Below are positions 9,242-19,644 of a DNA stretch of 64,000 bases, piece by piece. Under the pieces are notes generated by a model. It did not search any database, was not told the origin of the DNA, and saw nothing but the letters and a program-made list of their open reading frames with translations. This stretch comes from a virus. Taxonomy: Duplodnaviria; Caudoviricetes. The stretch is from the IMG/VR virus record IMGVR_UViG_3300042402_003952. One strand, given 5' to 3'. Each line of letters begins with the position of its first letter. Position 1 is the first letter of the stretch. The translations under genes were made by a program, and so were the position numbers.

Positions 9242-10091
9242 TCAAAAACAATTAAAAACCTGTTTGAGATATCCGGGCGGCAAAAGTAGAGCAGTCGCAA
9301 AGATGGGACCTTATTTTCCCGACCTTCGCAATTATGATGAGTTCCGTGAACCATTTCTTGGTGGGGGAAGCGTTGCAATTTATATCACAAAGAAGTATCC
9401 TGGATTAAATATTTGGGTAAATGACCTTTATGAACCTCTTGTAAACTTCTGGCAACAACTCCAGATGTTTGGGAATGATCTGAAGAATGAATTGGTTGAT
9501 TGTAAAGTTGCTTACAATACTCCCGAACTTGCAAGGGAACTCTTTCTAAAGTCAAAGGAGCATATAAATGATGAGTCTGAAACGAACTTTAATCGTGCTG
9601 TCGCTTTCTATATTGTTAACAAATGCTCTTTTAGTGGTCTTACCGAAAGTTCATCTTTTTCAGAGCAAGCAAGTAACTCCAATTTTTCCTTGCGAGGAAT
9701 TGGAAAATTGCCAGAGTATTCCAAGTTAATTGCTAATTGGTGTATAACTAACTATTCATATGATTATCTGATGGATGGGAACAAAGGTGCTTTTATGTAT
9801 CTCGATCCTCCTTATGATATTAAGGATAATCTCTATGGGAACAAAGGATCAATGCACAAAAGATTTGATCACGATAAGTTTGCTGCTGATTGCGATACTA
9901 ATAATATGGATCAATTGATCAGTTATAATTCAGATCAACTTGTGAAGGATCGTTTTAAGAACTGGAATGCTGTTGAGTTTGATCTTACGTATACGATGAG
10001 ATCTGTTGGTGAATATATGCGAGAACAAAAACAACGTAAAGAACTTTTGCTTTTTAATTATGGAATTGAAGGACTGGTTGGACTCAATTAA
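9231..10091 (+). CDS. dam: DNA adenine methyltransferase (D12 class, T4 Dam-like)
   Basis: LRYPGGKS, EPFLGGGSV, YLDPPY. Confidence 0.93.
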   Translation: MPISQKQLKTCLRYPGGKSRAVAKMGPYFPDLRNYDEFREPFLGGGSVAIYITKKYPGLNIWVNDLYEPLVNFWQQLQMFGNDLKNELVDCKVAYNTPELARELFLKSKEHINDESETNFNRAVAFYIVNKCSFSGLTESSSFSEQASNSNFSLRGIGKLPEYSKLIANWCITNYSYDYLMDGNKGAFMYLDPPYDIKDNLYGNKGSMHKRFDHDKFAADCDTNNMDQLISYNSDQLVKDRFKNWNAVEFDLTYTMRSVGEYMREQKQRKELLLFNYGIEGLVGLN

Positions 10092-10428
10092 TTTTACGAA
10101 AGAAGATTTGTCGGAGAGTATTAAAGATTATCCTCCTTATATTATTAATAAATGTTTGTCCGGACATATTGATTGTGTTCTTTTTGTAAATGAAATGAAT
10201 ATGATGCATCAACTTGATAAAGATATGCAATATTCATTTTATCTAAATAGTCTAAGGAAACGGAAGAGATTTTCTCCCTGGCTCCGTAAAGATAAGATTA
10301 CAGATTTAGAATGTATTAAATCATACTATGGTTATAGTAATGAAAAGGCATCTCAAGCACTGAAAATCTTAACAAAAGAACAACTAACTTTCATCAAACA
10401 AAGACTTGATATTGGAGGAAAAAAATGA
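10060..10428 (+). CDS. gp62: Clamp loader small subunit
   Basis: MELKDWLDSIN...YPPYIINKCLS, YYGYSNEKA; upstream of regA. Confidence 0.9.
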   Translation: MELKDWLDSINFTKEDLSESIKDYPPYIINKCLSGHIDCVLFVNEMNMMHQLDKDMQYSFYLNSLRKRKRFSPWLRKDKITDLECIKSYYGYSNEKASQALKILTKEQLTFIKQRLDIGGKK

Positions 10429-10862
10429 CTACTACGGTAGAACCTACTGTTGAATGGTCTCAAGACCAAATGGTAGAGGTGATTCTTAATGAACCTGATG
10501 ATTTTCTGAAAGTTCGTGAAACTTTGACTCGCATCGGAGTTGCATCAAGAAAGGAGAAAAAACTTTATCAATCCTGCCATATTCTTCACAAGCAGGGTAG
10601 ATATTATATTGTTCACTTTAAGGAACTGTTTGCTCTTGATGGTAAACATGCAAATCTTACTGTGAATGATGTTCAGCGTCGTAATCGTATTGCACGTCTT
10701 CTTGCCGATTGGGGTTTAATTACTGTCGTAAAGGCAGATTCCGTTTCTGATATTGCACCACTCAATCAAATTAAAGTCCTTGCATATAAGGACAAGGGTG
10801 ATTGGATTCTGGAGCAAAAGTATAATATCGGTAAGAAAGGAAAAGCAGTAGAAACCGAATAA
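10425..10862 (+). CDS. regA: Translational repressor RegA
   Basis: DDFLKVRETLTRIGVASRKEKKLYQSCHILHKQGRYYIVHFKELF. Confidence 0.96.
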   Translation: MTTTVEPTVEWSQDQMVEVILNEPDDFLKVRETLTRIGVASRKEKKLYQSCHILHKQGRYYIVHFKELFALDGKHANLTVNDVQRRNRIARLLADWGLITVVKADSVSDIAPLNQIKVLAYKDKGDWILEQKYNIGKKGKAVETE

Positions 10863-11021
10863 ATAGTTTGGTGCCATTCGTGCGGCACTCTACAAAAGTC
10901 GGAACACCCTAAAGAGAAGTACGGTTTTTACCTTGCTTCTCTTTTTGTTTTATGATTAAATAATATTGATCGCCTTATAGGGATCACACAATCAAACCTC
11001 GCTTTTAAAGGAGCTACTATA

Positions 11022-11456
11022 ATGACTAATCTGATGAAGTATCAGGCTGCGGATCTTCCTGCTTTGCTGGAAAGAATTAATCGCAATACGATTGGTATGG
11101 ATGAATACTTTGATCGTATTTTTAAAATTCACGAAACAACCTCTAACTATCCCCCCTACAACCTAGTTCAAGTAAGCAACGTAGAATCGCGACTTGAACT
11201 TGCACTTGCTGGATTTAAGAAGAAGGAGGTTTATGTCTACACTCAAGACGGCAAACTCTTTATTGAAGGTCAAAAAGAAGATAAAGAAACGGAGTTCAAC
11301 TATCTCCACAAGGGTTTGGCTCAACGGTCATTTACACGTTCCTGGACACTCTCTGATGATACGGAAGTTAGATCAGTTGATTTTGAGGATGGGCTTCTGA
11401 CAGTCACTCTTGGTAGAATTGTTCCAGATCATCATAAGAGAAAGGATTATCTCTAA
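11022..11456 (+). CDS. hsp20: Small heat shock protein Hsp20
   Basis: NYPPYNL, LALAGF, YLHKGLAQRSFTRSWTL alpha-crystallin domain. Confidence 0.95.
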   Translation: MTNLMKYQAADLPALLERINRNTIGMDEYFDRIFKIHETTSNYPPYNLVQVSNVESRLELALAGFKKKEVYVYTQDGKLFIEGQKEDKETEFNYLHKGLAQRSFTRSWTLSDDTEVRSVDFEDGLLTVTLGRIVPDHHKRKDYL

Positions 11457-11469
11457 ATAAAAATAAAAA

Positions 11470-11625
11470 ATGAAAACTTTTCAGGAATTTGTATCTATAA
11501 TTAAAGAAATGAAAGGTGATTTTGGATATGGTGTTATGCCACCAAAACCAAAATGTTATGGAAAAACCACTACATATGCTATGCTTCCTGGAAAGAAGGT
11601 TTGTAAGTTTAAAAGAAAGAGATAA
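11470..11625 (+). CDS. 51-aa microprotein with capsid-targeting-like N-terminus
   Basis: Hand translation MKTFQEFVSIIKEMKGDFGY...KFKRKR; TAAATA just upstream. Confidence 0.65.
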   Translation: MKTFQEFVSIIKEMKGDFGYGVMPPKPKCYGKTTTYAMLPGKKVCKFKRKR

Positions 11626-11724
11626 ATATAATTGAATATCGTCGGCGCATGAGGAGCACCTGGCAAAATCCAGGATAACTCCTCATTTTTTATAAATACC
11701 AATAAAGAGTAGGTGTGATTTTAA

Positions 11725-12303
11725 ATGGAATATTATACATATGCTTATTTTGATGAAAATAATATTCCTTATTATATTGGTAAAGGAAAAGGTAAAAGAG
11801 CTTGGGATAAAAATCACTCTGTTTTAATACCTCCAAATGAAAGAATAGTAATTTTGAAGGACAATCTTACGGAGGAAGATGCATTTAAGCATGAAATTTA
11901 TTTAATCGAAATTCTTGGTAGAAAAAGTCAAGGAACTGGTATATTGGAAAATATACATAGTGGTGGATGTCAACCCTCTGGATTTATACAGCACTCGGAA
12001 GAAACTAAATCTATGATGAGATTGAGAAGACACAGTGAAGAAACAAAGAGAAAAATCGGAGAATCTTCAAAAGGACGCCCCTGTAAAGAAGAAGTAAAAC
12101 AAAAATTATCAAAACTGTGGACTGGAAGAAAATTAACAGAGGATACGAAAAATAAAATAAGTAAATCTCATATGAGTAAAAAATTAAGTGAAGAGACAAA
12201 AAGAAAAATGAGTGACGCAAAAAAACAAATGAGTGAAGAGACGAAAAGAAAAATGAGTGAAAAGGCAAAATTGAGAGAAGCAAAAAAACGAGGAGAAACT
12301 TGA
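11725..12303 (+). CDS. GIY-YIG homing endonuclease with NUMOD3 repeats
   Basis: YYTYAY...YYIGKG; repeated HSEETK/SEETKRKMS. Confidence 0.85.
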   Translation: MEYYTYAYFDENNIPYYIGKGKGKRAWDKNHSVLIPPNERIVILKDNLTEEDAFKHEIYLIEILGRKSQGTGILENIHSGGCQPSGFIQHSEETKSMMRLRRHSEETKRKIGESSKGRPCKEEVKQKLSKLWTGRKLTEDTKNKISKSHMSKKLSEETKRKMSDAKKQMSEETKRKMSEKAKLREAKKRGET

Positions 12304-12349
12304 CTCCTCCTTTTTTTATTGCTAGAATAATCGGAGGTATGAGACAAAA

Positions 12350-12694
12350 ATGACTGTAAAACTTGCACTATTGAAATCCGGAGAGGATGTAATCGCAGAT
12401 ATTCAAGAAATGGTTATTGAAGAAAAAGTAGTTGGATATATCTTCAATAAACCTTGTCATATTAAAATGAAATTGAAAGAAGAAGATGAAAAATCTGATT
12501 CTGTTAAGATTAGATTGGTTCCTTGGATTCTTCTTTCAAAGGATACAAAAATTCCAGTATCCTTGGATTGGGTAATTACTATAGTGGAACCAATCGATCA
12601 ACTTTCTAAAATGTATCAAGAGGATATTTTAAACAATGGAAATAGTCAAAATATTGTTATTAACCAACAATCAAATTCTGATCAGTCGGATTGA
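12350..12694 (+). CDS. Conserved hypothetical protein upstream of gp43
   Basis: MTVKLALLKSGEDVIAD; SD GGAGG; phage-like codon usage. Confidence 0.65.
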   Translation: MTVKLALLKSGEDVIADIQEMVIEEKVVGYIFNKPCHIKMKLKEEDEKSDSVKIRLVPWILLSKDTKIPVSLDWVITIVEPIDQLSKMYQEDILNNGNSQNIVINQQSNSDQSD

Positions 12695-12893
12695 AGAAGT
12701 TGGTGCTGATATTGGAGAACCCGATTGCAAACTTGTTAATCCGTTTGTAGTGAAAAGTGATAAAACTCTAGATCCATTTCTCTGTGGATATACAAAACAA
12801 AATACATTTATGATGAGTTCGGATAAAATTATTACACTTTCTGATCCAACTCCAACTCTACTTGAAAAATATGGGGATTTAATTAAGGAATGA
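12636..12893 (+). CDS. Conserved hypothetical protein coupled to gp43
   Basis: GEPDCKLVNPF motif; ATGA overlap with gp43. Confidence 0.65.
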   Translation: MEIVKILLLTNNQILISRIEEVGADIGEPDCKLVNPFVVKSDKTLDPFLCGYTKQNTFMMSSDKIITLSDPTPTLLEKYGDLIKE

Positions 12894-15385
12894 ATTTTTA
12901 CACTAATGTTCAATTGATTGGAAATCAATTTTTGGTTCGTGGAGTACAGAATGGTAAAAGATTTGAAATAAGAGATGAGTTCTTTCCAACTCTTTATGTA
13001 AAAACTAAAAAAGACCCCAAGTATAGAACATTAAGTGGAGAAGCAGTAGAACCTGTAAAACCTGGAACTGTTAGAGATTGTCGTGAGTTTTATAGTAAGT
13101 ATGAAAATGTGGATGGATTTGAGATCTATGGAAATGATCGATATATCTATCAGTATATCTCAGAAAAGTATCCAGAAGATGAAATTAAGTTTGACATCAG
13201 TAAAATCAAACTTGTAACGTTGGATATTGAGGTTGCCTCAGAACAAGGATTCCCTGATGTAGAATCTGCTTCAGAAGAAATCTTGTCTATCAGTATTCAG
13301 GATTATACAACCAAGAAGATTACAACCTGGGGAGTTAAACCATTTAATAATACTCGTAAAGATGTCACTTATTATCATTGTCCATCTGAGTATGAACTCC
13401 TGAATCATTTTATTAATTATTGGATGGTTGATGTACCTGATGTGATTACTGGATGGAACATTCAAATGTATGATGTTCCTTATATCTGTAAGCGATTAAA
13501 TCGTGTTCTTGGTGAGAAACTAATGAAGCGTTTCTCTAACTGGGGACTTGTGACTGAAGGTGAAATTTTCATTAATGGGCGTAAGCATACGACGTTTGAT
13601 GTGGGTGGTTTGACTCAACTTGATTATCTTGATCTTTATAAGAAGTTTACTTATAAAGTTCAAGAATCTTATCGCCTTGACTATATTGCTGAAGTTGAAC
13701 TTGGGCAAAAGAAACTGGATCACTCTGAGTTCGATACTTTTAAAGATTTCTACACTAAAGGTTGGCAAAAGTTTATTGAGTATAACATCATTGACGTAGA
13801 ACTTGTTGACCGTTTGGAAGACAAGATGAAACTTATTGAACTTGCTTTGACGATGGCATATGACGCGAAGGTGAACTATGCCGACGTGTTCTATCAAGTT
13901 CGTATGTGGGATAATATCATTTATACTTATCTTAAGAAAAGAGATATTGTAATTCCCCCACGAAATAAAGAACGTAAGGATGAGAAGTATGCTGGTGCTT
14001 ACGTAAAAGAACCGATTCCTGGAATGTACGATTGGGTTGTGAGTTTTGACTTGAATTCTCTATATCCTCACCTGATTATGCAGTACAACATTTCTCCAGA
14101 AACTCTCTTAGAAGAAAGACATCCGACAGTTAATGTTGATAAGATTCTCAATCGTAATCTTACTTTTGAGATGTATAAAGACTATGCGGTATGTGCCAAT
14201 GGTGCTATGTATCGTAAGGATGTTCGTGGTTTTCTCCCAGAACTAATGGAGAAGATCTATAATGAACGTGTGATCTTTAAGAAAAAGATGCTTGCGGCAG
14301 AGCAAGAATATGAAAAGACAAAGAACAAGGAGTTGATTAAAGAAATTGCTCGTTGCAATAACATTCAGATGGCACGTAAGATTCAACTTAACTCTGCATA
14401 TGGTGCTATTGGAAACCAATACTTCCGTTATTATAAATTAGCAAACGCAGAAGCAATCACATTGTCTGGACAAGTATCCATTCAATGGATTATGAATAAA
14501 GTTAATTCATACCTTAACAAGATTCTTAAAACTGAAGAGGAAGATTATGTCATTGCTTCTGATACTGATTCTCTGTATATTAATATGGGTCCTTTGGTTG
14601 AAAGTGTATTCAAAGGCAGAGAGAAAACTACTCAAAGCATTGTTTCGTTCCTTGATAAGGTCTGTAATCTGGAATTTGAAAAGTATATTGAAAATTCTTA
14701 CCAAGAATTGGCTGAGTATGTAAATGCATACGACCAAAAGATGATCATGAAGAGGGAGTGTATTGCTGAACGTGGTATTTGGACTGCGAAGAAACGATAT
14801 ATTCTCAGTGTGTGGGATAGCGAAGGTGTTCGCTATGAAGAACCAAAACTCAAAATTAAAGGTATTGAGGCAATCAAATCTTCTACTCCTGCACCTTGTC
14901 GTAAGATGTTGAAAGATTCTTTTAACATCATGATGAGTGGAAGTGAGGACAATATGATTAAGTTCATTGAAAATTGTCGTGATAAGTTTAAAAAACTACC
15001 TCCAGAACAAATTTCATTTCCACGTTCTGCATCTGATGTTCAGAAATACTCTTCCTCTTCAGATCTTTATATTAAGGGAACTCCCATTCATGTTCGCGGA
15101 GCACTGTTATTCAATCATTACATTAAACAAAATAAATTAACTGGAAAATATTCTCTTATTCAAAATGGAGAAAAAATTAAGTTTATCTATCTCAAAAAAC
15201 CAAATATTATTCATGAAAATGTAATCTCATTCATTCAAGAATTTCCTAAAGAACTCAATCTTGACAAATACATAGATTATGAACTACAATTTGAGAAAGC
15301 ATTCCTAGAACCACTTAAGATTATTCTTGACGTGATTGGGTGGAAAGTAGAAAAGACAACAAACCTAGATGCATTTTTTATTTGA
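12890..15385 (+). CDS. gp43: Family B DNA polymerase
   Basis: LDIEV exonuclease motif, SFDLNSLYPH, KIQLNSAYG, ASDTDS, KKRY. Confidence 0.98.
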   Translation: MNFYTNVQLIGNQFLVRGVQNGKRFEIRDEFFPTLYVKTKKDPKYRTLSGEAVEPVKPGTVRDCREFYSKYENVDGFEIYGNDRYIYQYISEKYPEDEIKFDISKIKLVTLDIEVASEQGFPDVESASEEILSISIQDYTTKKITTWGVKPFNNTRKDVTYYHCPSEYELLNHFINYWMVDVPDVITGWNIQMYDVPYICKRLNRVLGEKLMKRFSNWGLVTEGEIFINGRKHTTFDVGGLTQLDYLDLYKKFTYKVQESYRLDYIAEVELGQKKLDHSEFDTFKDFYTKGWQKFIEYNIIDVELVDRLEDKMKLIELALTMAYDAKVNYADVFYQVRMWDNIIYTYLKKRDIVIPPRNKERKDEKYAGAYVKEPIPGMYDWVVSFDLNSLYPHLIMQYNISPETLLEERHPTVNVDKILNRNLTFEMYKDYAVCANGAMYRKDVRGFLPELMEKIYNERVIFKKKMLAAEQEYEKTKNKELIKEIARCNNIQMARKIQLNSAYGAIGNQYFRYYKLANAEAITLSGQVSIQWIMNKVNSYLNKILKTEEEDYVIASDTDSLYINMGPLVESVFKGREKTTQSIVSFLDKVCNLEFEKYIENSYQELAEYVNAYDQKMIMKRECIAERGIWTAKKRYILSVWDSEGVRYEEPKLKIKGIEAIKSSTPAPCRKMLKDSFNIMMSGSEDNMIKFIENCRDKFKKLPPEQISFPRSASDVQKYSSSSDLYIKGTPIHVRGALLFNHYIKQNKLTGKYSLIQNGEKIKFIYLKKPNIIHENVISFIQEFPKELNLDKYIDYELQFEKAFLEPLKIILDVIGWKVEKTTNLDAFFI

Positions 15386-15513
15386 TGGAATTGCCGATTA
15401 CTGAAAAAGAATTTGAGATCATCGTTGAGGTTCTAAAGAATAAAGAACCACAACTCTATAATAAATTGTGGTCTTACAAATTCAACCAAAATAAAACTAT
15501 AAACAGAAAATAA
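15385..15513 (+). CDS. 42-aa hypothetical protein between gp43 and uvsX
   Basis: Hand translation [33 protein letters not shown]; TGATG overlap. Confidence 0.55.
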   Translation: MELPITEKEFEIIVEVLKNKEPQLYNKLWSYKFNQNKTINRK

Positions 15514-15515
15514 TT

Positions 15516-16523
15516 ATGGATTTCCTTAAAGACATTGTAAAAGAGATTGGTGATGACTTTACCAAGTTAGCATCAGATATTGATGAGACTGAGACTTATG
15601 TTGATACTGGTTCATATATCTTTAATGCACTGGTTTCAGGTAGCATCTTTGGTGGTGTATCTGGGAATAAAATTACTGCTATTGCTGGAGAGTCTTCTAC
15701 TGGAAAGACTTTTTTCTCTCTCGCTGTGGTTAAGAACTTTCTTGATACTAATCCCGATGGTTACTGTCTCTACTTTGACACTGAGGCTGCTATCACTAAA
15801 TCACTTATAGAATCTCGTGGAATTGATACTACTCGTTTGGTTGTTGTTAACGTTGTTACTATTGAAGAGTTTCGCACAAAGGCGCTCAAAGCAGTAGATA
15901 TGTATCTGAAAGCACCAGTAGAAGATCGCAAACCTTGTATGTTTGTGCTAGACTCTTTAGGTATGCTCTCTACAACCAAAGAGATTACCGATGCACTAAA
16001 TGAAAAAGAAGTTCGAGATATGACTAAATCTCAACTTATTAAAGGTGCATTCCGAATGCTCACGCTCAAACTAGGTCAAGCAAATGTCCCGCTCATTGTC
16101 ACAAATCATACATACGATGTCATCGGAGCTTACGTACCAACTAAAGAAATGGGAGGAGGTTCTGGACTCAAATACGCAGCAAGTACGATCATTTATCTCA
16201 GCAAAAAGAAAGAAAAGGATGGAACGGAAGTGGTCGGCAATATTATCAAGGCTAAGACTGCTAAATCGCGTTTGAGTAAGGAGAACAAAGATGTTGAAGT
16301 CCGTTTGTATTATGATGAGCGCGGTCTTGATCGTTACTATGGTCTTCTGGAACTTGGTGAGATTGGTGGACTCTGGAAGAATGTAGCAGGTCGCTATGAG
16401 ATGGATGGTAAAAAGATTTATGCTAAGCAGATTCTAAAAGAACCTGAGGTATATTTCACACCTGAAGTAATGGAACAACTTGATCAAATTGCACGAAAGG
16501 AATTTAGTTATGGAGAAAGTTGA
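15516..16523 (+). CDS. uvsX: RecA-like recombinase
   Basis: [36 protein letters not shown]. Confidence 0.96.
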   Translation: MDFLKDIVKEIGDDFTKLASDIDETETYVDTGSYIFNALVSGSIFGGVSGNKITAIAGESSTGKTFFSLAVVKNFLDTNPDGYCLYFDTEAAITKSLIESRGIDTTRLVVVNVVTIEEFRTKALKAVDMYLKAPVEDRKPCMFVLDSLGMLSTTKEITDALNEKEVRDMTKSQLIKGAFRMLTLKLGQANVPLIVTNHTYDVIGAYVPTKEMGGGSGLKYAASTIIYLSKKKEKDGTEVVGNIIKAKTAKSRLSKENKDVEVRLYYDERGLDRYYGLLELGEIGGLWKNVAGRYEMDGKKIYAKQILKEPEVYFTPEVMEQLDQIARKEFSYGES

Positions 16524-17886
16524 GTTTCTAATTCTTAGAAACCTTTTATACAAGGAAGAATATATTCGAAAGGTAATACCATTTCTAAAATCTGAATATT
16601 TTGAAGATCCTAATCAAAAGATCATATTTGAAGAAATACTTTCTTTTGTTCAAGAGTACAATCGACCAGCAACTAAAGAAGTTCTTTGTATTGAAGTAGA
16701 GAAACGTCAAGATATTAATGACGAATCTTTCAAGCAAATTGTTCATTTGATTTCTTCTTTGAACGATGTTCCTTCTGAGTTTAATTGGTTGATTGATACG
16801 ACAGAAAAGTGGTGTCGCGATCGTGCCATTTACTTGGCACTTATGGAGTCTATTCATATTGCTGATGGAAATGGCGAAAAGAAGAATCGTGACAGCATTC
16901 CTTCTATTCTTTCTGATGCTCTTGCTGTAAGTTTTGATAACCACGTAGGTCATGATTACCTGCAAGACTATGAACAACGATACGAGTCTTATCATAAAAA
17001 GGAGGATAAAATTGAATTTGATCTTGAGTACTTTAACAAAATCACGAAAGGTGGTCTCCCTAACAAAACTCTTAACATCGCTCTTGCTGGTACGGGCGTC
17101 GGGAAATCTCTATTCATGTGCCATGTGGCTAGCTCCGTCTTGCTCCAAGGACGGAACGTTTTGTACATTACGTTGGAAATGGCAGAAGAACGTATTGCTG
17201 AAAGAATTGACGCAAACCTTCTGAATGTTCCTATTCAAGATATCGTAGATCTTCCAAAGCAGATGTTTGAAAGTAAGGTTAATAATCTTACCAAGAAGAC
17301 TCAAGGTACTTTGATTATTAAAGAATATCCAACTGCTTCAGCACATGCAGGTCACTTTAAGTCACTTCTCAATGAACTTGCTCTTAAAAAGTCGTTTAGT
17401 CCTGATATTATTTTCATTGATTATCTTAATATCTGTTCTTCTTCTAGGTATCGTGGAAATGCAAACATTAATTCCTATACATTTGTAAAAGCAATTGCAG
17501 AAGAACTTCGTGGACTTGCTGTAGAATTTAATGTTCCTATTGTAAGTGCCACTCAGACAACTCGTTCTGGTTATGGTTCTTCTGATGTTGAGTTGACTGA
17601 TACTTCAGAATCCTTTGGTCTTCCTGCTACTGCTGACTTAATGTTTGCATTGATTTCTACAGAAGAACTTGAAGGTCTTGGGCAGATTCTTGTTAAACAA
17701 CTTAAAAATAGGTATAATGATCCTACCATTCATAAGCGTTTTGTGGTTGGTATTGACCGTGCTAAAATGCGTCTTTATGACTGCGAACAATCTGCTCAAC
17801 AAGATATCCTTGACAACGGAAAAGATGAAGAGTATGATTATGAAGAAAAGAAACCTAAAAAAACATTTGAGGGATTTAAATTCTGA
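16510..17886 (+). CDS. gp41: Replicative DNA helicase
   Basis: [30 protein letters not shown]. Confidence 0.96.
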   Translation: MEKVEFLILRNLLYKEEYIRKVIPFLKSEYFEDPNQKIIFEEILSFVQEYNRPATKEVLCIEVEKRQDINDESFKQIVHLISSLNDVPSEFNWLIDTTEKWCRDRAIYLALMESIHIADGNGEKKNRDSIPSILSDALAVSFDNHVGHDYLQDYEQRYESYHKKEDKIEFDLEYFNKITKGGLPNKTLNIALAGTGVGKSLFMCHVASSVLLQGRNVLYITLEMAEERIAERIDANLLNVPIQDIVDLPKQMFESKVNNLTKKTQGTLIIKEYPTASAHAGHFKSLLNELALKKSFSPDIIFIDYLNICSSSRYRGNANINSYTFVKAIAEELRGLAVEFNVPIVSATQTTRSGYGSSDVELTDTSESFGLPATADLMFALISTEELEGLGQILVKQLKNRYNDPTIHKRFVVGIDRAKMRLYDCEQSAQQDILDNGKDEEYDYEEKKPKKTFEGFKF

Positions 17887-18305
17887 TGACTGATAAAAAA
17901 GTTATTGATAGTGACAAATATATTGAGTTTGTGCGTCAAACCACAAGTCCTGCAAGCAGTGACTTTGGACAACTTCTTGCACGAATGACTGAACTTGAGG
18001 CAAATAATGATGCTGATGTTCCTCGTCTTTTGACTGCTGCTCTTGGCATTAGTGCAGAAGCAGGTGAGTTCACTGAAGTTGTAAAGAAAATCATTCTCCA
18101 AGGCAAACCCTATAATGAAGAGAATGTCTTTCATATGAAGCGTGAACTTGGTGATATCTGTTGGTATCTTGCTCAAGCGTGTATGGCACTTGATACTAAC
18201 TTCCGTGAAATTATGGAAATGAACTATGAGAAATTGAGTGCTCGCTACCCAGAAGGAACGTTTGATGTATATAGAAGTGAAAACCGTGTAGAGGGTGACC
18301 TATGA
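17886..18305 (+). CDS. mazG: MazG-like nucleotide pyrophosphohydrolase
   Basis: GISAEAGEFTEVVKK...RELGDICWY. Confidence 0.92.
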   Translation: MTDKKVIDSDKYIEFVRQTTSPASSDFGQLLARMTELEANNDADVPRLLTAALGISAEAGEFTEVVKKIILQGKPYNEENVFHMKRELGDICWYLAQACMALDTNFREIMEMNYEKLSARYPEGTFDVYRSENRVEGDL

Positions 18306-18487
18306 CTAAAGAAAAACAAGTAACACTTAAACTTGATGCTCGTACTGCAGCAGCAGTTCGTCAAGTTCTCTTTGATGCTCAAAAAGGATATACTTATGAT
18401 GAAGTCAGTGTTCCTCCTCGTGTAACTGATATTCGTGAGGTAATTGGGCAACTTGATGATAATATTGGCGCTGTTTTTGGTGCTTGA
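18302..18487 (+). CDS. Small hypothetical protein
   Basis: ATGA-type overlap with mazG; followed by hairpin. Confidence 0.6.
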   Translation: MTKEKQVTLKLDARTAAAVRQVLFDAQKGYTYDEVSVPPRVTDIREVIGQLDDNIGAVFGA

Positions 18488-18547
18488 ATTTGACTCCTTC
18501 GGGAGTTTTTTTGTTTTATAAATAAATAAAAAAGTATTTGTAAAAAA

Positions 18548-19582
18548 ATGTCTAGAATTACTGGAAAACAAGCTCTTGGACTTTTTGAGGCTTATCAAGC
18601 AGTATATGCTCCCCAAGAATTATCTGAAGAACAGATTTGGGAAGAAGTAGAAGAGTGGGTAAATTCACTTCTAGAAGAAGGATATGATCTGAGTGATTAT
18701 ACCTGGGAAGAAATGTATGAAGCATATATCGAAGAGGCAAGAGCAGAAGGTGTAAAACCTTATAAAGCAGGACCAACTCAAGCAGATGTAAGAGCAAATG
18801 CTGCTGCTGCTCGTCAAAAGCACGTTGCAGGCGCTTCTGGACAAAAAGGTTATGGACCTGAAGATAAGTTTAAGAGTGATTGGAAGCTAAGAGCAACTCC
18901 ATCTTCGACAAGTAAGAGAAAAGATGGAACTATTGAAACTGTTTCTCAGAGAATGGATAGAGAAAAACCTTATGCTACCAGACCATTTTCTCCATTATTT
19001 ACAAAACAAGGAAGTCGCACTGCTTCTGCCGTAACAAGAACGATTGAGGGTCCAGGAGAACCACAAGCAGTCACAATGCCTAGAAAAGGTAGAGGTGAAA
19101 AACCAAAACTTTCTAGAGAAATTATCCGTAAGGAGCACGTAGATGTTTATGATGTAGTTCTCTCTCATCTTCTTGATGAAGGATATGCTAATTCAATTGA
19201 ATCTGCAGAAGCAATTATGGTGAATATGAGTGAGGAATGGATTGATACTATTATTGAAGATTTTGATCAACTTGATGAAGCAGAAGGTTCCTACGGTGCT
19301 ACACCAAAGGCATATAGTGCAGCAAGAAAAACCAAAATGACTGCAAAGAGAAAGCCTTTCCTCAAGAAGATGTTAAGCAGAACTAACCCTGCTAATAGAA
19401 CAAGTGCTTATGATTCTCCAAGAAAGGGTTTGACTGCTGACGATAGAGAAAGAGCAAGAGCAGGTTCTGCTTATGGTGTTGGGACTCGTCAAGACCACGA
19501 TTATCCTTCAGAGGGTCCTGGTGGTGTAACCAAGAGTGCTAAGAAACTCCGTAAGCAAAGAGCAATGGGAGAAATTGATTGA
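18548..19582 (+). CDS. Late repeated-domain protein, cassette family copy 2 (two acidic domains, two basic cores)
   Basis: LLEEGYDL and VLSHLLDEGYANSIESAEAIMVNMSEEW domains; same AAAAGTATTTGTAA leader and TATAAATA. Confidence 0.7.
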   Translation: MSRITGKQALGLFEAYQAVYAPQELSEEQIWEEVEEWVNSLLEEGYDLSDYTWEEMYEAYIEEARAEGVKPYKAGPTQADVRANAAAARQKHVAGASGQKGYGPEDKFKSDWKLRATPSSTSKRKDGTIETVSQRMDREKPYATRPFSPLFTKQGSRTASAVTRTIEGPGEPQAVTMPRKGRGEKPKLSREIIRKEHVDVYDVVLSHLLDEGYANSIESAEAIMVNMSEEWIDTIIEDFDQLDEAEGSYGATPKAYSAARKTKMTAKRKPFLKKMLSRTNPANRTSAYDSPRKGLTADDRERARAGSAYGVGTRQDHDYPSEGPGGVTKSAKKLRKQRAMGEID

Positions 19583-19644
19583 AAATCTAAATTATAGAAT
19601 TTATTGACCCCCCTTTCTAAATATAAGAAAGGGGGGATTTTTTT

